A DNA stretch of 64,000 nt from Callorhinchus milii. Its lineage: Eukaryota. A program made the position numbers and the translations under genes. Shown piece after piece: positions 51,470 to 61,685 of the stretch; positions within the stretch are counted from its first letter, which is position 1, and each line of letters begins with the position of its first letter. The DNA lies in contig NW_024704742.1 in NCBI RefSeq assembly GCF_018977255.1, positions 91,886,001 through 91,950,000 of the forward strand, in the 5' to 3' direction. The notes under the pieces were generated by a model. It was not told the DNA's origin and ran no database searches. It saw only the letters and a program-made list of their open reading frames with translations.

Positions 51470-53672
51470 CTAAAAAGAAACACAGTCCCCAGGACGAGAT
51501 TAGAAGAGGAGGAGATACTGTTTATGCCTTAGTAAATAAAGAAATGTGGCACTAGTTACTGGTATATTCCTGCCCCTTCCAAAACCCCTCAATAATTTTG
51601 TTTTGAAAATGAACATCTTAAAATTTAGCTGATGGAATCCTCCTTGGAAAATGATGGATTCCCCAATTGAAGAGTTGGGTTACATTTACAAATTCCAATG
51701 TAATTCCACGCACATTAAGTGTTAAAGTGTTAAACAAAGTGTAACGGAGCCTTAGGAATATAGGCAGGACCAATTCACTGAACAGTTTCATGTTTAAATT
51801 CTGGAACGGTCAACACAAAACAAAATGAGAATTATATATTTATCCTTATTACCTAGATAAATATAGTTGAAGCAAACTATAGAATTGTGAAGTGTCAGAG
51901 ATCAGGTCAGACGTTCAGTTTGACAACGCACCACATTGTGGAAATTTTTATTCGCCAAGTAGGTAAGTTGCTGCACTCCAGGGCATAGCTTGCATCCCCA
52001 ATGTGCTTCTCTGAGTCCGACCGATGGGCCGCGCTGATGAGTGTATTATCAAGTGTGCACTGTGGAACCACCTATCTTAGGAACTGCACTACCGAGACCA
52101 TCACAGGATTGACTCAATTTCAAAATTCCATTACCAAACATCACTTTGGAGGCAGCTCAGCTTGAAGAAAATCCCATTTACCCCCCAACCCCAAGGAGGA
52201 GAGTCAATAGGTTGTCATTAGACATCGGACAAGCATAAATTTGTATTTGACTTCAATTCTAGGCCCCTAATCTCTGGAACTCCCTCTCTTTACCACTCCA
52301 TCTCACCTCCTCACTTTCTGTCTTTAAATATCTTTAAAACTGCACCTTCAAACCTCTTCCTCCTTTACTCGGAGCTATCTGACCTAACATTGTAAAGCTC
52401 TCTAAGATTTTATTCTGTGAAGGACACTAAAAAAAATCAACTTGTCGTTGTTGGAGATCTCACTAATGGACAGTATGTACCAGAAACTCAATGTGAGCTT
52501 CCTGGTGAGCAAAACAGCTCAGCATAAAATCCATGAGAAGATTGCTATCATCTTCCTTTGCATAACTCAGACCCATATCCCTATCCATTGGGCAATGGTT
52601 CTACAGTCGGAAGTGCAGAGCTTTATCAGCAGCTGCTTACCTCGCTGTCAATCAAGATTTATCCTACAGGTTTAGGGCTGCAAAGGGCAATTTGAGGATA
52701 GACATTAAGTATTTACTTAGTAGAAGGTAATTAACGAATGGAACAGGTTACATGGAAGGTTGGTTGCTGCCTGATCAGTGGATTAATTTTAAAAAAAGCT
52801 TGATGCTTCTTCCCCTTTTTATCACAAATACCATTGCTTGGAATTAACAAATGGGCCACTGCAATGCCCAGGAGCTCAGAAACATGAAGGAGATCATTTG
52901 GACACACATTTTAGACACTACAATCTTAACTTGCATTGGGTCCTTGCTGTCACTGAAGAGACACAAGGATGATCAGAGTGCCCTTCACCCCATCTCAGCA
53001 CAGTCCAAAGGACAATGTCCAAGAAAAAGGTGGTGTCCATCACAAATACCAAATCAACAACTGAGATGGATGTTCCTTTCATCCAGCAACTAGGAAGGCT
53101 AATTGCATGTTGGCATTTATTGCAAAAGGGTTAGAATACAAGAGTAGGGAAGTCTTGCTGCAACTGTATACGTCTTGGTGAGACCACACCTAGAATATTG
53201 TGTGCAGTTTTGGTCTCCTTATTTAACAAAGGACATACTCGCCTTAGAGGGGGTGCAGTGTAGTTTCACTAGGTTGGTTCCTGGGATGAGGGGGTTGACC
53301 TATGAGGATAGGTTGAGTAAACTAGGGCTGTATTCTCTAGAATATAGAAGCATTAGGGGTGATCTTATAGAAACATATAAGATTCTTATGGAACTTGACA
53401 GTGTGAGACAGTTTCCCCTGGTTGGAGAATCTATAACCAGGGGTCACAGTCTTAAGATTAAGGGTCAGGTTTTTCGAACAGAGTTGAGGAAAAACTTCTT
53501 CACTCAGAGGGTAGTGAATTTATGGAATTCTCTACCCCAGAAGGCCGTAGATGCTCAGTCCTTGAACATATTCAAGACTGAGATTGATAGATTTCTAAAG
53601 GATAGAGGGATTAAGGGATATGGGGATAAGGCGGGCAGATGGAGTTAGGTTAGAAGATCAGCCATGATCTTA

Positions 53673-55656
53673 AGAACATAAGAATTAGGAGTAGGAGTAG
53701 GCCATTCGGCCCCTCGAGACTGCCCCGCCATTCGATAAGATCATGGCTGATCTTCTGACCTAACTCTAATTACCTGCCCTATCCCCATATCCCCTAATCC
53801 CTCTTTTTTTTAAAATCTATCAGTCTCAGCCTTGAAAATGTTCAAGGACTGAGCATCTAAAAACTTCTAGTGAATTCCATAAATTCACTACCCTCTGAGT
53901 GAAGAAATGTTTCCTCAACTCTGCTCTAAAAGGCTGACCCTTCATTTTAAGACTGTGACCCCTGGTTATAGATTCTCCTACCAGGGGAAACAGTCCCTCA
54001 GTGTCTACTTTATCCAGCCCTTTAAGAATCTTATATGTTTCAATAAGATCTCCCCTAATTCTTCTGTACACCAGAGAATACAGCCCTAGTTTATTCAGCC
54101 TATCCTCATAAGTCAGTCCCCTCATCCCAGGAACTAACCGAGTGAATCTACGCTGCACCCCCTCTAGGGCAAGTATGTCCTTTTTTAAATAAGGAGACCA
54201 AAACTGCACACAAGGTGTGGTCTCACCAAGGCTCTATACAGCTGCAGCAAGACTTACCTACTCTTGTACTCTAAACCTTTTGCAATGAACACTAACATGC
54301 CATTCACCTTCTTAGTTGCTGCTGCACCTGCAAACTAACTTTTTGAGACTGGTGTACAAGGACACCCAAATCCCTCTGAACACTAACACTATCTAATCTC
54401 TCCCCCTCTAGAAAATAATCTTGTTTTTCTATTTTTGCTACCTAGGTGTATAACTTCACACTTCCCCACATTAAATTCCATCTGCCACCTACTCGCCCAC
54501 TCTCCTAGCCTATCTATATCCCGTTGCAATCTTTTTGCATCCTCCTCAGAGCTTACTCTCCCACCTAGTTTAGTGTCATCCGCGAATTTAGATACGTTAC
54601 ATTCAATGTCCTCGTCTAGATCATTGATGTAAATTGTAAATAGCTGAGGCCCAAGCACTGATCCTTGTGGCACTCCACTAGTCACATCCTGCCAATTCGA
54701 GAATGAAACGTTTATCCCTACTCTCTGTTTTCTACCCATTAGCCACTCTTTAATCCATGCTAATATGCTCCCATTTATCCCGTGGGTCTTAACCTTGTGC
54801 AATAGCCTTTTGTGTGTCACTTTGTCAAATGCCTTTTTAAAATCTAAATATACTACATCTACTGGTTCCCCCCTATCTAACCTACTAGATACACCTTCAA
54901 AAAAACTCTAAAAGATTAGTTAAGCATGACTTCCCTTTTGTAAAGCCATGTTGGCTCTGCCTAATAATAATAATCCTTGCATTTGATATAGCGCTTTTCA
55001 CGTCGGGAGGACGTCCCAAAGCGCTTCACAGAACACACTGTAAAGTGAATTGACTGCATATTTGTGGGTGAACGCGGCAGCCAATTGCGCACAGCAATGT
55101 CCACAAACAGTCATAGATTGAAAATGACCAATTTATTATTGTTTTTGGAGGGATTATTATTAGGCGTGTGGAGTAAGGAAACTTGCCCAAGGTTTCGCCC
55201 TGCCTGGAATTGAACTCAGGTCTCTCACTTGCAAAGCGAGTGCTCTAACCACTGAGCTACAGGACTCCACAAATCTTTTTATGGTCTTCCAGGAATCCTA
55301 TAACGACATCTTTAATTAAGGACTCAAGAATTTTCCCTACCACTGATGTCAGACTAACTGGTCTATAGTTCCCCATCTTTTCTCTCCCACCCTTCTTAAA
55401 TATTGGTGTTATGTTTGCAATCTTCCAATCAATGGGAACCGTTCCAGAATCCAGAGAATTTTGGAAGATCAAAGACAAGCCATCCACTATCTCAGTAGCC
55501 ATCTCTTTTAAAACCCTAGGATGTAGGCCATCAGGTCCAGGGGATTTATCAGTTTTAAGACCTGACAATTTACGTAAAACCATTTCTTTACTAATATTAA
55601 TTTCCCCAAGTTGCTCACTAACATTGTCTTCTTGGTTCCCCTCTATTCTTGGTAAG
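53673..55656 (-). mobile_element. CR1 LINE (RT + 3' end) inserted antisense into another CR1
   Basis: [36 protein letters not shown] motifs; TSD TCTTA at 53668-53672 and 55657-55661. Confidence 0.92.
54963..55270 (-). mobile_element. tRNA-derived SINE nested in the CR1
   Basis: Near-identical to 8493-8820; interrupts CR1 ctctgcctaat|ctttttatgg. Confidence 0.92.
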
Positions 55657-56869
55657 TCTTATTGAATGGTGGGGCAGGCTCGAGGGGCCGAATGGCCTAC
55701 TCCTGCTCCTAATTCCTATGTTCCTACCTACCAGTCAATGCCTTCAAGGTCTCCTCAAGGAGCTTAGCCTACTTTAAATAGTCAAATAGTTCCAGTAAAA
55801 GGCACAACTCATTTATTTCTAGTAGGAACTAATGCGACAAAGCATACGTCACAAAGCAGACATGTCAATGCTGCTGCACCAACAAATCTTAAGTAGAGCT
55901 GATTATGCCATAGTTTCAAGCTCCTAATTGCATAGCCTTCATTGAATTAACCCCAAAATCAATCTTAGTGCTGGCCTGCGTTTCCAGATTGGTCTATCAC
56001 TAAAACATTCCTACGAAAGCCTGTTTTTCGTTAACATTCTTATGTTTTTTTCAATATGTAATGTGTCCAATTTTTAAAAATTCTCCCAATGCTGGGGTGC
56101 GGTTCCACAAGACCCAAGAGCCCTGCGTGGCCATTGTTCATTTCATGTGAGGCTTGGCAGTAAGTGTTGTTGGAAGGCCACTCAAACTGTAGAGGGCATC
56201 ACAACTAAGCCTGACCCATCCTCAACCAGCTGCCACACAAACCAATTTTGATCAAATCTTTTTGTGTATATAAACTTACACAAGCCTATTTTAGCATGCA
56301 AAATGTTGATGTCACTTCATGTCTGTTGTACCCTAAGTGCAAGAAACGTTGATATCATCACTTCCTTTGCAAAGCAATTGCAGCAGCCCTTCTTTCGCTT
56401 AGCGAAAGTGCACTGGAAGAGGCATCAGCGATGCTTTCTGTACATAACATGCATATATGCAGGAAGCAATTTCGGAAGCGATCTATTGACCGTACGTCAG
56501 CTATTTTGTAGCACAAGAAGCCAGCTAGTTAGCAGCGGAAGTGCTAGTTAGCATGCGCCCACAGGAAACCAACACTATAAAGGAGGCAGTACTATATTGA
56601 AAGGCACTATAACAATGTCCCCTGTATAAAGACTGCAGATCAAGCATGTCTCCTTTGCACATTTCTGACAATGCAAAATGCCAAGGAGTATGAATAGCCG
56701 TTAATCTGCAGAGTTATCTATCTACTCTTAAATATGACTTTTTTTAAAGTAGTTTGTATGTTGCAGCTTATTGTAAAGCCATTTCAGGTGATCAATCGCA
56801 ACTTATATGAATTATTGTTCCAATTCTCAGTTCTGTAAGCTTTTTATTGTACTAATAGCTTCATAAAAT

Positions 56870-57215
56870 GTAGCACTTAACCAGTGAAAAGCTGAGCCAA
56901 ATAGATAAAAAAAACAAATCTCTGGCTTGATCCCTAGTGATCTTAAGATGGGAAGACAGTAGAGGCACTAAATTTAGCCTCAACACCCAGGGTTGGGGGA
57001 ATGGGAAAACGTCAGCCAGGATTTCTCCTATGGATTACTATCTAAAGACTCATGCTGGAGGTTCACGTGTAGAGTCATCAGATAAGACATTCCCCCATTT
57101 TCTGGTCAAATAATCTGCCGACACTCACTATAATGTCTTACATAATCAATAATATCCAAGTAGGCGAATATCAGAGAGTACATGGCACCATGGAGCCATA
57201 TCCCACTGGAAAGAG
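56870..57215 (+). mobile_element. Ancient SINE-like interspersed repeat (related pieces at ~7090-7380, ~35050-35220 and ~56090-56240)
   Basis: ctgagcc...ttgatccct...ggcactaaatttagcctcaacacccagggttggggg...tcagccagg resembles ggcactacagtttgcctcagtggcactggg at ~7156. Family not identifiable by eye. Confidence 0.35.
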
Positions 57216-57471
57216 AAAGAAGTCAAACAAACATTTTTACAAAAGGAGTGAAAAGATAATAATAATAGTACAGATCAATTGGTAAACTAGAATTGGAAAT
57301 ATCAGACTGCCAAATTACCTACCTGTCTAATTTAAAGCGCCCTGTGACCTCTTTTCGACGTGAAAGGTGCTATATAAGTGTAATCTGTTGTTGTTAAAAG
57401 CACTGAAATCCATTTAAATACACACCAAACCTCTACACTAGAAAACGTGACACCGAGGGCTGAACACACAC

Positions 57472-57580
57472 CTCTTGAAGTGGGGGCTGGAGCCGCAGGT
57501 TGTGCAGAGCCAGTACAAGCTGTACCAGTTGTCTGCTGTGGATTGTTCACTGAGCTCCTTGCTCTTTCTCCTGGGATTCC
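57472..57580 (-). CDS. RAD23B: RAD23B-like exon, Pro/Ala/Thr-rich linker
   Basis: Acceptor ctccttttcag|, donor AGAG|GTGTGT chosen because the next exon needs phase 1, 109 nt. Encodes GIPGERARSSVNNPQQTTGTACTGSAQPAAPAPTSR(E). Confidence 0.85.
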
Positions 57581-58555
57581 CTGAAAAGGAGATTCATAAA
57601 ACCACAATACACGCCACATCGCTACTATCATTATTAAAAAAACAAAACTTTGCCAGCGCACCGAGTATATTTCAGCACTGATTTGCAAGACTTCAACTGA
57701 GATGATTGATGTTGGGGCAGATCTGATGTCTGCAAGTTAGCGTGATCCACATGGGATTCTCTGCAGTAAACACGGATTATGCTGTGAGGCGCTTTTTGCA
57801 AAAGTGAGGCACCAGCGACACTAACACTTTCCTGAGAAGCGTTTTTTCAGTCTCGATTTTCAGCTTTTCTAAAACCAGGGCTGCTAAAAGAATCAGACTC
57901 ATCATCCCAATGGTTCCTCTTTCTACTCTGCTATATCCCTACGTGCCCATATATAATATATATATCAGAGAGTACATAGCACCATGGAACCATATGCCCA
58001 AGCATTGGATTAGGCAGCTCTCTTTTTCTGAGATAATTCTCCAATTTCTTTAAATCTGCGATTTCCGATAGACAAGGAATTCTAGCCCTAGTGACTGGAT
58101 CTCACCCAAATGCCACATGGATCAAGCATGAAAAGGTTGCAGTTATATGTCCATCTGCAGTCTACCTACACATGTATTCTATTTCAATATAAAGCCTAGG
58201 CTATATAGTTTTGCTTTTATTATAAGATGCTGACTTTCTTCTGTTTTCTCAGAGGATTAGGTTGGAAGCTCATGCCATATAAACACAGTCACAGACTAGT
58301 TCTGTGTACAAACGTGGACCAATAGAAAGTTTCGGAAAGTTAGTAATGGTTCATGAAGTAATCCTGTCTGTATCCAGATGAAGTGTGCACTTGTGTGAAT
58401 TTATTATTATGAGAAATAATATGCTGAAGTCAAATCCATTAACTGCTTATATTTAGGATAGATTATTGTAATCGCAGATGGTAAAATCTACTAGGGTATG
58501 TATTAGTGGATTTTGCCATCCACAGCTTTAAAGTAATGCAAGTCTTTTTTCTTAC

Positions 58556-58683
58556 CATCAGCAAATACTCCACTGCTCTGTCAGGATTGTTGAAGCTGGC
58601 TTTTAGTGCTGCAACTACCTGCTCACGACTGTATCCCATTGACGTGATCTCAGTAACCATAGTTTCATATTGCTGACCAGTCA
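58556..58683 (-). CDS. RAD23B: RAD23B-like exon, UBA1 domain
   Basis: Acceptor ttctattatctag|, donor ATG|GTAAGA, 128 nt, phase 1-0. Encodes (V)[42 protein letters not shown], with the UBA MGY loop and the B-type [14 protein letters not shown]. Confidence 0.95.
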
Positions 58684-59609
58684 CTAGATAATAGAACACA
58701 ATTGCAGCAAGTCAAAACATACATATACTGGATGAAAGCAATTGTCTTACAATTAGTTATTAAAACTAACTACATTCTATTTCCAGTTTACAAAATATAA
58801 TTCAAACAAAACAAACGTTGAAAAAATTATTTTGCAATGCTGATGTTGAGTGAAACCAATTACATTAAAAAAATTCACTTAGGATGATAGAATAATAACA
58901 GAAATAATCTATTAATATTTATCTACCATAAACTTTTACTCAGTTACAATAGAATTGTAACATAGGGTAGGCTACGGGGATAGAAATATTAGTATATCAT
59001 AATCTCTTTTCACAAATTCCAAACAATATTAAAGATAAATTCAAATGTAATATGTGTGCAGGATACAAAACAATTTGGGTCACGTGTCCTCAAGTTCCTC
59101 TACGCTGAACATCTTTCATAGCCCTTTGATCCCTTCCCCTTCTCACTGCACTGGTGCTTCCTGGGGATGCGGGGAGAGGGGAAGAGGTGGGAGTGGGGAT
59201 GAGAGTGGAGTAGAATTGGCCTCCCAGCCTGTGGCCACACTGTCTGTTCACTAATTAGCCAACAGTTACTGCTCTTCCTCCACCTTTAGTCAGTACTTGG
59301 CAGCACTCACAGGACTTCACTGACTGGCACCAACTCCATTAGCACAGCATCGCAACCCTCCACTGCAAGGTCCTTCACAGTATGATAATAATGAACTTGT
59401 ACTAAAGACCTTAATTAGGCCACTGTTGGGAGTACTGAGTACAATTATGGCACTCAATTATAGTAGAGATAAACGCTTTGGGAAAAAGTGCAGTGTAGAT
59501 TCAACGGGATGTTACCAGAGATAAGGGATTTCAGTCAAGAAGGAAGACTTGAGATATTATGACTTTTTTCCCCCACTCAAGCTAAAAAGATTAAGGGGTG
59601 ACTGAGGAG

Positions 59610-59828
59610 CATCTCTAACCTGCTCTTCCCGGCTAGAGTTTTGGAATGCGTTGTCGCAAATCAGTTTTGCACAACTCTCCCTCCACTCCCTACTCGAACC
59701 CCTCGAGCACTTCCGGTGCTTACGAACCCCTCCCTCGCTCCCTGGCTCGGTGTCAGACTCCACCACTGTCAAGCTCTCCGGGACACTACCCCATGTGAAG
59801 GGCGCCATATAAATGCAAGTTGTTGTTA
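59610..59828 (+). mobile_element. L2 3' tail fragment
   Basis: gggcgccatataaatgcaagttgttgtt tail. Confidence 0.65.
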
Positions 59829-60481
59829 AGTATAAAGGCATTCCCACCAGGTATGGAGAAGAACAGATGGAGGACAAACGTCAAAGTGAAAGGCGTCGTA
59901 TAAATAAAAATTGTTGTGTCCTCCATACCCATTAGTTAATTTTGTCTCGAATAGTTTAATGCAATTAAGAACACCTTGAAAAATGTCTCTTGCAAGATTG
60001 CACTGGTTCATCCACCCATTAACTAGAAAATAAGGCCCTTGCATTTGTGGTCTTTGAATACCTAAAACATCAGCCGGACAGCCTGTATGTACTCTCTTGT
60101 TTTATGTCACAAGATTATAAAACAAGTTTGAATGAAGAAGGCTCTTTAGCTTATTTGATATTATCCATTCAGAATACCAACCTTACCATCAACCCAATGC
60201 TTTTTCTTAAATGAGTCCTTGTCCTGACCTCAACTATCCTGCCTGGTAATGCACTCCAGTAATTAATTATTCTCTTTTTTAAAAAAACGATTCTGGTGTT
60301 TGCCCTAACTTTCCAATCCAACCCTTTGTCTTCTGGTCCTTTTTTGTTTGAAAAACGTATTAGTTAATCCTCACTGTGAAAACATACCATTAACTGTGAG
60401 CACATTTAATGAACCATATCTAAGCAGTTTAAATCAAAGTAGGAGAACCTATGAAAGACACAAACAAACAGCAAAACCTAC

Positions 60482-60537
60482 CCAGTGCCGAAGTAGCTAC
60501 ATCGAACAAGCTAGATCCCTGAGCTCCACCAGAGGTC
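60482..60537 (-). CDS. RAD23B: RAD23B-like exon (linker before UBA1); 5' exons lie outside the window
   Basis: Acceptor tattttttgcag|, donor G|GTAGGT, 56 nt, phase 2-1. Encodes TSGGAQGSSLFDVATSAL(V), similar to recalled RAD23B SNLFEDATSALV. Confidence 0.88.
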
Positions 60538-60629
60538 CTGCAAAAAATACAGTTTATATGGAATTTAATAAAATTACTCTTTTATAATGTCACTACAATA
60601 CTAAGAATGACCACGCGCTAATAACGCAC

Positions 60630-60965
60630 GCCCTCACTCGTGTTCAAATCCCTTCACTCCATGGCACCTCCCTACCTCTCCAACCTCCGGCGCCTTCACT
60701 TGACTAGCACAGGCCTCCTGCTTGTCCCTCACGCCCTCCACTCCACCATCAGAGGTTGCGCTTTTAGCCACTACGCCCTGAAACTCTCCCTCAATCTCTC
60801 CGCCTTGCCCCCTCTCTCTTTTTTCAAGTCCCGCCTGAAAACCTCGCTTTTCGACCATGCTTACTACCATCTCTGCCCCCCGCCCGGAGTCATGCTCCGC
60901 CACTGTTAATTGCTCTGAGATGCTACCCTGTGTGGAGGGTGCTATAAAGTGCAAGTTGTTGCTGT
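60630..60965 (+). mobile_element. L2 3' fragment
   Basis: FKSLHSMAPPYL...FKSRLKTSLFD; tail ggtgctataaagtgcaagttgttg. Confidence 0.8.
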
Positions 60966-61244
60966 CCTATGGAAAGCAACCTATTACTATAAGCTTGCAT
61001 TAGAAAAGCAAACAGTAAACATTACACAGTGATAACCTGGGCCAATAGAAAAGTCCAGCTATAAATGGAATCAGCTATACACTGCGCCCTCCACTATAAA
61101 CCTCTAGAAAATGAAGTTTCTGGCAGCTTACCCTCAGCGAGCTGCTGCCGGATGTTTACCCGAGGCTACTGTGGGTGGGGCTGAGCCACTACTGTGTGCG
61201 GGGCTGTTGTCGATTGGCAGATTGCTTTTCCGGGAGTCCTAGCT

Positions 61245-61685
61245 TACAAACCACCAGTACATTTCCGCAAATGGTTTATCTTCTCGCCCCTCCCTAGTCA
61301 CCTGTGGGCTACCCCAAGGTTGCATCCTTGGCCCCCTTCTCTTCCTCATCCATATGCTCTCTCTCAGTGATGTCATAGAATCATAGAAGTATACAGCACA
61401 AAAGGAGGCCATTCGGCCCATCGTGTCTGTGCGGGCTCTTCGAAAAGAGCTATACAAATCAATCCGACTCCCCCGCGCTCTCCCATAGCCCTGCAAACTT
61501 GTCCTCCTCAAATAATTATCTACTTCTCTCTTAAAAGTTGTTATCAAATCGGCTTCCACCAGCCTTTCAGGCAATGCATTCCAGATCCGCAGACACGGGG
61601 TTAACTTTCACATGGATGAGGATAACACTCAATTCTACTTCCCCTCCTCCAGCTGCGACCCCCAGTCCTCTGATGTTCTGTCAAC
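61245..61685 (+). mobile_element. L2 RT fragment interrupted by a short antisense CR1 tail (~61373-61587)
   Basis: L2 gggctaccccaaggttgcatccttggcccc...gatgtcat resumes as ccgcagacacgggg. The insert closely matches the CR1 tail at 43970-44180. Confidence 0.8.

Larger units (their letters stand above)
53092..55725 (+). mobile_element. CR1 3' fragment (53092-53672 and 55662-55725), split by an antisense CR1
   Basis: LVRPHLEYCVQFWSPY...RGHSLKI...GYGDKAGRWS*. The 3' UTR gccatgatctta continues as ttgaatggtggggcaggctcgagggg after the insert. Confidence 0.9.

Noticed and set aside
51290..51532. Plus-strand 80-aa ORF
   Set aside because: Antisense shadow of the RAD23 XPC-binding exon.
57332..57471. 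Extension of the RAD23 linker exon to a GAG|GTTTGG donor near 57430
   Set aside because: That donor is phase 0, but the next exon requires phase 1, so it would frameshift. The AGAG|GTGTGT donor fits.
61132..61238. Ser/Pro/Ala-rich minus-strand segment with a GG|GTAAGC donor, resembling the missing upstream RAD23 exon
   Set aside because: Stops in all three frames, weak acceptor abutting an L2 fragment, and no RAD23 similarity.
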